From the NCBI GenBank assembly GCA_016196465.1, contig JACPXR010000051.1:1-35279 (forward strand): a stretch of DNA of 35,279 bases, read 5' to 3'. Below are positions 11,374 to 19,332 of this stretch, one piece after another (positions within the stretch are counted from its first letter, which is position 1; the number at the start of each line of letters is the position of its first letter). A model generated the notes under the pieces. It made no database searches and was not told the DNA's origin. It saw only the letters and a list, made by a program, of their open reading frames with translations. A program made the translations under genes and the position numbers. This DNA is from Candidatus Omnitrophota bacterium. Lineage in GTDB: Bacteria; Omnitrophota; Gorgyraeia; 1-14-0-20-64-10.

Positions 11374-12192
11374 GTGCCTGCGCCTCCTTCAGGCCGATGG
11401 AACCGGATGGTCCGAAAGGCCCGCCGGGCGGTCTTTCGGGATGAACCGACTTACTACGACATGTTTGAAAATCCGGGGGAGAAATATTTCGCCCGGCTTT
11501 ATCTCGCCCAGATCCGGAAGGCGATCCAAGAGAGCCCTCCCCGGAAGGGGGAGCCCCTTCAAATCCTGGATGCCGGATGCCAGGCCGGACGGCTCGCCGT
11601 TCCCCTCGCCCTGGACGGCCATGAGGTCACCGGGGTGGACACCTCGGACCTCGCCCTGCGGCGGGCCAGGCGCCATGCCGGGGAGGCCCAAGTCCAGCTG
11701 AAGCTGATCCGGGCGGACCTGGCCTGGTGGCTTCCCGCGCAGCCGCAGGGCTCTTTCGATGCCGTCCTCTGCGCGGAGGTCCTCTACCTCAGGGAAAATT
11801 ACCGCCAGCTGCTCCAGGATCTCATCCGGGTCCTCCGCCCCGGGGGGCTTTGCTTCATCTCCCACCGGCCCACCGGCTACTACCTCGCTGAGGCGCTCCA
11901 GCGCCGGGACTGGGAAGGGGCGCGCCAGGTGCTGGAGAAAAGGGAGGGGAAGCTCTGGGGATCGTATTACAACTGGCAGGATCCGGAGGAGCTCATCCCC
12001 CTCTACCGGACCGTGGGGATCGATCCGGCGAGGGTCTTTCCGATCGGATTCTTCTCGTGGCTCGCCGTGAACCCCGAGGGGCTTCCGCCGGAGGGCCAGG
12101 AGCTTCTCTTTCAGGCGGACCAGGCCTTCGCCAACCCGATCAGCGCCTCCGGGCGGTATCTCTTGGTCTGCGGCCGGAAGGGGACGGCATGA
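11374..12192 (+). CDS. Class I SAM-dependent methyltransferase (start 11374 GTG or 11407 ATG)
   Basis: ILDAGCQAG, VTGVDTS, FDAVLC.EVL and RVLRPGG motifs. Confidence 0.85.
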   Translation: MPAPPSGRWNRMVRKARRAVFRDEPTYYDMFENPGEKYFARLYLAQIRKAIQESPPRKGEPLQILDAGCQAGRLAVPLALDGHEVTGVDTSDLALRRARRHAGEAQVQLKLIRADLAWWLPAQPQGSFDAVLCAEVLYLRENYRQLLQDLIRVLRPGGLCFISHRPTGYYLAEALQRRDWEGARQVLEKREGKLWGSYYNWQDPEELIPLYRTVGIDPARVFPIGFFSWLAVNPEGLPPEGQELLFQADQAFANPISASGRYLLVCGRKGTA

Positions 12193-12890
12193 AACGGTGG
12201 TGGTACCCGCCGATTCTCACCTATCACCGGATTGAGCCGGCCCCCCGCAAAGAAACTCCCACCCTTTCTCCGGAAACCTTCGACCGCCAGATGGGGCTTC
12301 TTTCAAAACGCTGGAAAACAGTTTCCCTTTCGGAGCTGTTCAGACGGCTGGAGCGAAACAGTCCTTTCGGCGGCAGGGAAGTGGCCCTCACCTTCGATGA
12401 CGGAACGGGGGACGCTTTTCTCCATGCCTTTCCGATCCTCCGAAAACACCGGATCCCGGCAACAATCTTCCTCATCGCCGCCGACATCGGCAAACCGGGG
12501 ATGCTCTCCCAGCCCCAAATCCGCCTCATGCAGGAAGCAGGGATCTCCTTCGGCAGCCATACCCTCCACCATGCCTACCTGCCGGACCTGACGCCGGAGC
12601 GAGCCCTTGAGGAACTCGCCGGCTCGAGAAAACTCCTTCGTTCCCTGGGGATCGAGGCGGAATTCTTGAGTTACCCGGCAGGGGGCTTCACCCCGGAGGT
12701 GGTCCGGATGGCGAAGGAGGCGGGCTACCGGGGCGCCCTCACCACCAACCGGGGGGAGCGCCGCTTCCCCGTCGACCGCTGGGCCCTGCGCCGGATCACG
12801 ATGCACTCGGGGGGGAGTTCCCCCTTCGGAATCTGGCTCCGGTGCTCCGGCTATTACGGACTGAACCACCACCTCCGCCCGAGCGCTTAA
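12189..12890 (+). CDS. Polysaccharide deacetylase (CE4/NodB family)
   Basis: ATGA overlap start. PILTYH, LTFDDG, FGSHTLHH and SYP.G motifs. Confidence 0.9.
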   Translation: MKRWWYPPILTYHRIEPAPRKETPTLSPETFDRQMGLLSKRWKTVSLSELFRRLERNSPFGGREVALTFDDGTGDAFLHAFPILRKHRIPATIFLIAADIGKPGMLSQPQIRLMQEAGISFGSHTLHHAYLPDLTPERALEELAGSRKLLRSLGIEAEFLSYPAGGFTPEVVRMAKEAGYRGALTTNRGERRFPVDRWALRRITMHSGGSSPFGIWLRCSGYYGLNHHLRPSA

Positions 12891-12902
12891 GAGCCGGCTC
12901 CC

Positions 12903-12932
12903 TTGTGAAATGAGCGCCCGGGGCGCTATAAT
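12903..12932 (+). promoter_or_regulatory. Sigma70-like promoter (TTGTGA-18-TATAAT) for glgC, with a 7-1-7 palindrome in the spacer
   Basis: TATAAT at 12927-12932; agcgccc-g-gggcgct at 12913-12927; ATG at 12944. Confidence 0.55.
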
Positions 12933-12943
12933 GCCTTTTCTCG

Positions 12944-14185
12944 ATGAAAACCGCCACCGGAACCAGGATCAAGAACACGCTCACCTTCATCATGGCGGGC
13001 GGCAAGGGAGAGCGGCTGATGCCCCTGACCCGGGACCGGGCCAAGCCGGCGGTCCCCTTCGGGGGGATCTTCCGGATCATCGACTTCACCCTCTCCAACT
13101 GCATCAACTCCGGCATCCGGAAGATCCACGTCCTCACCCAGTACCGCTCCATCTCCCTGGTCAGGCACCTCTGGATGGGCTGGAACATCTTCGACGCGGA
13201 GCTGGGGGAATACATCGACATCGTCCATCCCCACCAGCGGGCTGAGGAACACTGGTACCAGGGGACCGCCGACAGCGTCTACCAGAACATCTATTCGATC
13301 GAGGCGGAGCGCCTGCCCTATGTCCTGGTCTTGGCCGGGGACCACATCTACAAGATGAATTACGCCCAGATGCTGGAATTCCACACCGACGCTCAGGCCG
13401 ACGCCACCGTTGGGGTCGTCCGGATGCCGATCTCCCAGGCCCCCTCCCTGGGGGTGGCGGATCTGGACCGCCAACAGCGGATCGTCCGCTTCACGGAGAA
13501 GCCGCTCTCCCCGCAGCCGATTCCAGGCGATCCGGGGCACATCTACGCCTCCATGGGGATTTACCTCTTCAACCGGGATCCCCTGGAAGAGGAGCTGAGC
13601 CTGGACGCCAAAAGCGCGAGCGACCATGACTTCGGGAGGAACATTCTGCCCAACTGCCTGGAGCATGGGCGGCGGGTGATGGGATATCTCCTCGAAGGGG
13701 GGGAGGGCCGGGAAGCGTACTGGCGGGACGTGGGGACCCTGGATGCCTACTACGAGGCGAACATGGACTTGATCCAGGTGACCCCGGTCTTCAACCTCTA
13801 CGACCGGGACTGGCCGATCCGGACTTACATGGAGCAAAACCCTCCGGCCAAGTTTGTCTTCAGCGGGGGGGAGAATCCTTCCCGCGTGGGCCGGGCGATC
13901 GACTCCCTCGTCTCCGGCGGCTGCATCCTCTCCGGGGGAAGCGTGGCCCGCTCGATCCTCTCCCCCAAGGTCCGGGTCCACAGCTATTCGGAAATTTCCG
14001 ACTCGATCCTCCTGGAGGGGGTGGAGGCCGGCCGCCACTGCAGGATCCGCCGGGCGATCATCGACAAGGAGGTGAAGATCCCCCCGAACACGGTGATCGG
14101 CTTTAACCCCGCCGAAGACCGAAAGCGGTTTGAGGTGACGGACAGCGGGATCACCGTCGTCGCCAAAGGGACTGCCCTTTCATGA
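12944..14185 (+). CDS. glgC: Glucose-1-phosphate adenylyltransferase
   Basis: [43 protein letters not shown] and a C-terminal beta-helix. Confidence 0.96.
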   Translation: MKTATGTRIKNTLTFIMAGGKGERLMPLTRDRAKPAVPFGGIFRIIDFTLSNCINSGIRKIHVLTQYRSISLVRHLWMGWNIFDAELGEYIDIVHPHQRAEEHWYQGTADSVYQNIYSIEAERLPYVLVLAGDHIYKMNYAQMLEFHTDAQADATVGVVRMPISQAPSLGVADLDRQQRIVRFTEKPLSPQPIPGDPGHIYASMGIYLFNRDPLEEELSLDAKSASDHDFGRNILPNCLEHGRRVMGYLLEGGEGREAYWRDVGTLDAYYEANMDLIQVTPVFNLYDRDWPIRTYMEQNPPAKFVFSGGENPSRVGRAIDSLVSGGCILSGGSVARSILSPKVRVHSYSEISDSILLEGVEAGRHCRIRRAIIDKEVKIPPNTVIGFNPAEDRKRFEVTDSGITVVAKGTALS

Positions 14186-14964
14186 CGGAAGAGATGCTCA
14201 CCATCGGCCGCTACAGCTTCCGATCGCGCCTGATCATGGGCACCGGCAAGTACCCCACCCCTCAGATCATGCAGGAGGCGCTGGAGGCATCCCAGACGGA
14301 GCTCGTGACGGTGGCCCTCCGGCGGGTGGACTTGAAGAACCGCCAGGCGGACCCGGTCCTCGGGTTTCTGGATCCGAAGCGGTACACGATCCTCCCCAAC
14401 ACCGCCGGGTGCACGACGGCGGAGGAAGCGATCCGCACCGCCCGCTTGAGCAGGGCCTCAGGGGGGTCGGATCTCATCAAGCTGGAGGTGATTGGAGACC
14501 CCAAAACCCTGATGCCGGACACCCTGGGGCTTCTGGAAGCGACCCGGGCCCTCGTCCAGGAAGGCTTCACCGTCCTGCCCTACACCAACGACGACCCGGT
14601 GATGGCCAGGCGGCTGGAAGAGGCGGGGGCCGCCTGCGTCATGCCGCTGGCCGCCCCGATCGGATCGGGCCAGGGGGTCCTGAATCCGCTGAACATCCAA
14701 TTCATCCTGGAAGCGGTGAAGATCCCCGTCATCGTGGACGCGGGGGTTGGAACGGCCTCTGACGCCGCCGTCGCGATGGAGCTGGGGGTGGAGGGAGTCC
14801 TCATGAACACGGGCGTCGCGGGGGCGCGGGACCCCGTCCGGATGGCGCGGGGGATGCGCCTCGCCGTGGAGGCCGGGCGGCTCGCTTATCTCGCGGGACG
14901 GATCCCCAAGAAAACCTATGCCAGCCCCTCCAGCCCTCAAACAGGAAAGGTGGGCAGTCGATGA
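14182..14964 (+). CDS. thiG: Thiazole synthase
   Basis: [34 protein letters not shown] and [10 protein letters not shown]. Confidence 0.96.
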   Translation: MTEEMLTIGRYSFRSRLIMGTGKYPTPQIMQEALEASQTELVTVALRRVDLKNRQADPVLGFLDPKRYTILPNTAGCTTAEEAIRTARLSRASGGSDLIKLEVIGDPKTLMPDTLGLLEATRALVQEGFTVLPYTNDDPVMARRLEEAGAACVMPLAAPIGSGQGVLNPLNIQFILEAVKIPVIVDAGVGTASDAAVAMELGVEGVLMNTGVAGARDPVRMARGMRLAVEAGRLAYLAGRIPKKTYASPSSPQTGKVGSR

Positions 14965-16022
14965 GCCGAAATTACCGAATCGCGGTGATCCCCGGAGATG
15001 GGACCGGACCGGAGGTGATCCGGGAGGGCCTGAAGGTCCTCACGGCGGTCTCCGACAAAGTGGGCTTCGATCTTGAGCTCGTCCCCTACGACATCGGCGG
15101 GGAACGCTTCTTGAAGACCGGCGAGACCCTGCCCCCCTCGGTCCTTGAGGAGATGAAGAGCGTCTCCGCCATTTACCTGGGGGCGATCGGCCACCCCGAG
15201 GTGAAGCCGGGGATCCTGGAGGGGGGGATCCTCCTGAAGATCCGCTTCGAGCTGGACCAGTACATCAACCTGCGCCCGGTGAAGCTTTACCCTGGGGTTT
15301 GGACTCCCCTCAAGGAGAAGGGCCCGGAGGAGATTGATTTCGTGGTGGTCCGGGAGAACACCGAAGGCCTTTACGTCGGAATCGGCGGAAACTTCAAGAA
15401 GGGAACGCCGGATGAGGTGGCCGTCCAGTTGGACGTGAACACCCGCAAAGGGGTGGAGCGCTGCATCCGCTACGCCTATGAATTCGCGAAGAAAAGGGGT
15501 TCCCCGAAGAAGAAGCTCACCCTCTGCGCCAAGACCAACGTCCTCACCTACGCCCACGACCTGTGGGTCCGGGTCTTTGAAGAGGTGGGGAAAGAATATC
15601 CCGACGTCCCCCGGGACTATTCCCACGTGGACGCCCTCTGCATGTGGATGGTGAAATCCCCCGAGGTGTTCGACTGCATCGTCACCAACAACATGTTTGG
15701 GGACATCATCACGGACCTGGGGGCCATGATCCAGGGGGGCTTGGGGATCGCCGCCGGAGGCAACATCCACCCCAAGGGGGTCTCCATGTTCGAGCCGATC
15801 GGAGGCTCTTCCCCCAAGTACGCCGGGAAGGGCATGATCAATCCCCTCGCGGCGATCGCCGCCGGCGGGATGATGCTCGACTTCCTGGGAGAGGGAGGGG
15901 CCGCCGCGGCGATCGAGGAGGCGGTGAAGGCGGTGACCGGCACGAAACTGAAGAGTCTCGCCGCGGGGAAAATGGGGTACACCACCACCGAAGTGGGGGA
16001 CCTCGTCGTCGAGGCCCTATGA
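14961..16022 (+). CDS. leuB: 3-isopropylmalate dehydrogenase (beta-decarboxylating dehydrogenase family)
   Basis: [35 protein letters not shown] and FEPIGGS; leuB-asd-truA synteny. Confidence 0.85.
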   Translation: MSRNYRIAVIPGDGTGPEVIREGLKVLTAVSDKVGFDLELVPYDIGGERFLKTGETLPPSVLEEMKSVSAIYLGAIGHPEVKPGILEGGILLKIRFELDQYINLRPVKLYPGVWTPLKEKGPEEIDFVVVRENTEGLYVGIGGNFKKGTPDEVAVQLDVNTRKGVERCIRYAYEFAKKRGSPKKKLTLCAKTNVLTYAHDLWVRVFEEVGKEYPDVPRDYSHVDALCMWMVKSPEVFDCIVTNNMFGDIITDLGAMIQGGLGIAAGGNIHPKGVSMFEPIGGSSPKYAGKGMINPLAAIAAGGMMLDFLGEGGAAAAIEEAVKAVTGTKLKSLAAGKMGYTTTEVGDLVVEAL

Positions 16023-17017
16023 AACCGCCCCTCAATGTCTGCGTCGTCGGCGTGGGGGCCGTCGGCATCGAGATCCTCCGCGTGCTTAAGGAACGCCGAT
16101 TCCCCATCCGCGCGCTGAAGGTCCTCGCCCGAAGCGCCCGCCCCCTCTCACTCGATGGGGAATCCCTCCGGGTGGAGGCCATCTCTCCCGAGGCCTTTCA
16201 AGGGCAGGATCTGGTCCTCTTCGCCGGCACCGAAGGAGAAAAGGGGGCGGCGGTCACCTACGCCCGCGAGGCGATCCGCCGGGGGGCGCTGGTCATCGAC
16301 AACGGGGCCGACTTCCGGATGGATCCCAAGGTCCCCCTGGTGATCCCCGAGATCAACCCGGAGGACGCCAAAAGGCATGAGGGGATGATCGCCAATCCCA
16401 ACTGCTCCACGATTCAAATGGTGATGGCCCTGGCCCCGGTTCACCGTCGCTTCAAGATCCGGCGGGTCATTGTCTCCACTTACCAGGCCGTTTCCGGAGC
16501 CGGAAGCAAAGCGATCGAAGCGTTGGAAGCCCAGACGGAGGCCACCGTCCGAAAAGTTGCTCTTCCCCCATCAGATCCATTGCCCCAGACCATCATCCAG
16601 AACGTTTTTCCAGAAATTGGCTCTTTTCAGGAGCTGGGATACACCAGCGAGGAATGGAAGATGGTCAGAGAGACCCAGAAAATCCTTCACGACGACCAGA
16701 TGGCCATTACCGCTACCGCGGTCCGGGTGCCGGTCGTCTCCGCCCATTCGGAATCGGTTTACTTTGAAATCGAGCATCCGGCAGCGCTTCAGGATCTGAA
16801 AGGCCTCTGGCGCCAAACTCCCGGCGTCAAGCTGGTGGAAGAGCCGTCCTATCCCATGCCGGTGGAGGCGGTCCATCGAGATGAAGTGTTTATCGGCCGG
16901 GTCCGGCAGGATCCCTTCATCAAGAACGCCTTCTCCTGCTGGGTGGTCTCCGATAACCTCCGGAAAGGGGCGGCCCTCAACGCCGTCCAGATCGCGGAAC
17001 TGTTTCTCACCCCTTGA
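16019..17017 (+). CDS. asd: Aspartate-semialdehyde dehydrogenase
   Basis: ATGA overlap start. ANPNCST, YQAVSGAG, VRVPV..HSE and DNLRKGAALN motifs. Confidence 0.96.
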   Translation: MKPPLNVCVVGVGAVGIEILRVLKERRFPIRALKVLARSARPLSLDGESLRVEAISPEAFQGQDLVLFAGTEGEKGAAVTYAREAIRRGALVIDNGADFRMDPKVPLVIPEINPEDAKRHEGMIANPNCSTIQMVMALAPVHRRFKIRRVIVSTYQAVSGAGSKAIEALEAQTEATVRKVALPPSDPLPQTIIQNVFPEIGSFQELGYTSEEWKMVRETQKILHDDQMAITATAVRVPVVSAHSESVYFEIEHPAALQDLKGLWRQTPGVKLVEEPSYPMPVEAVHRDEVFIGRVRQDPFIKNAFSCWVVSDNLRKGAALNAVQIAELFLTP

Positions 17018-17721
17018 CCCGGACATTCAAATTCACCGTCGCCTATGACGGCTCCCGGTACGCCGGCTGGCAAAGGCAGAAAAACACCAAGACGATCCAG
17101 TCGGTCCTCGAAGAGACCCTCCAGCGCATCACCGGCAGGAGGGCGCACGCGGTGGGAGCGAGCCGGACCGACAGCGGAGTCCACGCCGAGGGGCAGACGG
17201 CCCACGTCCAGCTCCAGACCCGCCTCTCCCCTTCCACCCTTCAACGGGCGATGAACGCCCTCCTCCCGGAGGATATTCTCATCCGGAAAGTGGAGCTGGC
17301 CCCCAGGAGCTTCCACGCCAGGTATCAGGCGAAAAGAAAGTGGTACCGCTACCTCATCTGGAATGAAAAAACCAGGCCCCTCTTCGAGCGGAACCGGGTC
17401 CTCCACCTTCCGGGGCCCCTGGACCTCCAGGCGATGCGGCGGACGGCCCGGAAACTCACCGGCCGGAGGGATTTCCGTCCCTTCTGCTCGGCTTCCGACG
17501 GCCGCAACCACCCCGGCAGCGCCCTCCGGACGATTAGGAAACTTTCCGTCCGCCGGGAGGCAGATCTGGTCCTCATTGACGCGGAGGCGGACGGCTTCCT
17601 CTATCACATGGTCCGCCGGATCGTGGGGCTGCTGATCCAGGTGGGGCAGGGAAAGAGGGCCCTGATTCCCCCGACGGCCCCCGCCAGGGGGCTCTGCCTG
17701 ATGAGGGTCTCCTACCGTTAA
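17014..17721 (+). CDS. truA: tRNA pseudouridine(38-40) synthase
   Basis: TTG start. YDGS.Y.GWQRQ, SRTDSGVHA, FHAR, FLYHMVR and TAPARGL motifs. Confidence 0.95.
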   Translation: MTRTFKFTVAYDGSRYAGWQRQKNTKTIQSVLEETLQRITGRRAHAVGASRTDSGVHAEGQTAHVQLQTRLSPSTLQRAMNALLPEDILIRKVELAPRSFHARYQAKRKWYRYLIWNEKTRPLFERNRVLHLPGPLDLQAMRRTARKLTGRRDFRPFCSASDGRNHPGSALRTIRKLSVRREADLVLIDAEADGFLYHMVRRIVGLLIQVGQGKRALIPPTAPARGLCLMRVSYR

Positions 17722-17742
17722 GCAAGAAAACTCATTTTTCGC

Positions 17743-17771
17743 TTGACAGGGCCGGGGTCATCCTTGATAAT
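17743..17771 (+). promoter_or_regulatory. Sigma70 promoter for the Fur metal cassette
   Basis: TTGACA (17743-17748), a 17-bp spacer, then GATAAT (17766-17771). Confidence 0.8.
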
Positions 17772-17811
17772 GAGACTCGATCTCAACTGAATGAACATGA
17801 GTCTCAATATC
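17766..17811. promoter_or_regulatory. Paired Fur-family operator boxes (inverted repeat)
   Basis: GATAATGAGACTCGATCTC matches 14/19 of the classical Fur box GATAATGATAATCATTATC. The arms gataatgagactc (17766-17778) and gagtctcaatatc (17799-17811) form a 12/13 inverted repeat. Confidence 0.7.
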
Positions 17812-18324
17812 GAACATCCCAAAGGCGCCGAGGTGATCCTCTTTCCTCGGCACGCCCGCCGCCCTGAGCAGTTCAAGGCGTGGCTGGCCAACATCCTCCA
17901 GACCTTCCAGGAGCACCTGGGCCGGCAGGGCCTGAAATTGACCCGCCAGCGGGAGGAGATCCTCCGGGCCCTCATGGCGGCCGACCGGCACCTGGGGATG
18001 GAGGAGCTCTACAGCTCGCTGAAGAAGCAGGACCCGACGATCGGCCGGGCCACGATCTTCCGGACGGTGAAGCTCCTCCAGGAGTGCGGGCTGGTGGCCG
18101 AGGTCGGCTCGGTGAACGGGGCGGCGAAGTTCGAGCTCAAGGCCGACCGCCCCCACCACGACCACATGATCTGCGTGGAATGTTCTCGGATCACCGAGTT
18201 CCAAAGCCCCATGATGGAGCGCTTTCAGGACGAGGCGATCCGCCGTCACGGCTTCACCGCCCTCTGGCACCGGCACGAGATCTTCGGCCGCTGCCGCGAC
18301 TGCTGGAAGAAACGGAACCGTTAA
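17791..18324 (+). CDS. fur: Fur-family metalloregulator (start may be 17791, 17797 or GTG 17833)
   Basis: T.QR..IL, IGRATIFRT..LL...GL, HHDHMIC..C and C-terminal G.CxxC. Confidence 0.92.
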   Translation: MNMSLNIEHPKGAEVILFPRHARRPEQFKAWLANILQTFQEHLGRQGLKLTRQREEILRALMAADRHLGMEELYSSLKKQDPTIGRATIFRTVKLLQECGLVAEVGSVNGAAKFELKADRPHHDHMICVECSRITEFQSPMMERFQDEAIRRHGFTALWHRHEIFGRCRDCWKKRNR

Positions 18325-18341
18325 CCGAAAGGAACCTTCGC

Positions 18342-18569
18342 TTGAAATCTTGGAGGGGCATCGGAGTGGTCCTTTTGTTCCTGGCCGGGTGCGCCCATGC
18401 CGGGGAGACACCCGTTCGTCTGGCCTCGGCCTGTCCCGCGAACCCCCCCGGTCCCACGGTCCTGTGCAAGCACTGCAACTGCTACATGCCGGCCGACGCA
18501 GACCCCGCCGCGCCGTGCACGGTCTGCAACTGCGGCTACCGGAACGCCCAGTGCGTCCGGGGAAAATAG
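18342..18569 (+). CDS. Small Cys-rich lipoprotein (75 aa, twin CxxCNC), putative metal-binding
   Basis: TTG start 8 nt after GAAAGGA. Signal peptide KSWRGIGVVLLF followed by lipobox LAGC, then CKHCNC and CTVCNC. It fills the gap between fur and the next ATG (18571). Confidence 0.75.
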   Translation: MKSWRGIGVVLLFLAGCAHAGETPVRLASACPANPPGPTVLCKHCNCYMPADADPAAPCTVCNCGYRNAQCVRGK

Positions 18570-18570
18570 G

Positions 18571-19332
18571 ATGACAAAAGTTCAATCGCTGCTGATCGTG
18601 GGGCTCTCCGTCGGAGCCGCCTTGGCGTTTCCGCCGAAACCGGCCTTCGCCCACCTGCGGGATTACATCTTCAACCAGGGGTACCACACCTCCCGCAAGG
18701 GGGAGTTCGAGATCGAGCTGCACAACGACCTTAACTTGAAGGAGGCCGACAACGACGAGAGCTACAGCTCCAAACACCAGGTGGAGCTAGAATACGGCGT
18801 CACGGATCACCTTCAGCTGGCGACCTACGAGGTGTTCAAGTGGGACCGCAAGGATGATTTCGAGCGGGACGAGCTGAAGGTCGAGGGGAAGGTTCGCCTT
18901 CTGGAAAGCGGCGAGCTTCCGGTGGACATCGCCCTCTACGGGGAGTATAAGAATCCCAACGGGCACCACGACCAGAGAAGCGACGCCATGGAGCTCAAGC
19001 TGATCTTGAGCAAGGATCTCGGCCCCTGGAACGTCACCGGGAACCTGATCACGGAACGGAAGATCAACCAGCACGATCCCTGGGCCTTCGAGTACACGCT
19101 GGGCATCAGCCGTCCGGTCCATCCTCAGGTCCGGCTGGGCCTGGAGATCAAGGAGGGCCTGGGGACCACTGAGGATCTGGGAGTGCGCCGGAAAGGACAC
19201 AAATTCCAGCTGATGCCGATGGTGGCCTGGAGCCCGACGCCCCACAGCCGGGTCCTCTTCGGGCCGGCCTTCGGCCTGACCCGGGCCAGTGACGACATCC
19301 AGTTGAAAAGCATCGCGTCAATCGAGTTCTGA
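18571..19332 (+). CDS. Exported, probably outer-membrane beta-barrel protein of unknown function
   Basis: Signal peptide ending AFA|H, alternating amphipathic strands (EFEIELH, VELEYGV, WNVTGNL, FEYTLGIS) and a C-terminal Phe (IASIEF). Confidence 0.7.
   Translation: MTKVQSLLIVGLSVGAALAFPPKPAFAHLRDYIFNQGYHTSRKGEFEIELHNDLNLKEADNDESYSSKHQVELEYGVTDHLQLATYEVFKWDRKDDFERDELKVEGKVRLLESGELPVDIALYGEYKNPNGHHDQRSDAMELKLILSKDLGPWNVTGNLITERKINQHDPWAFEYTLGISRPVHPQVRLGLEIKEGLGTTEDLGVRRKGHKFQLMPMVAWSPTPHSRVLFGPAFGLTRASDDIQLKSIASIEF

Noticed and set aside
17880-18341. 5' part of the 229-aa ORF 17880-18569
   Set aside because: It is an alternative frame over fur. Only the 3' part from TTG 18342 has an RBS, signal peptide and motifs.
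18460-18540. Possible c-type heme motifs in the Cys-rich lipoprotein
   Set aside because: The motifs are CKHCN and CTVCN, not CxxCH.
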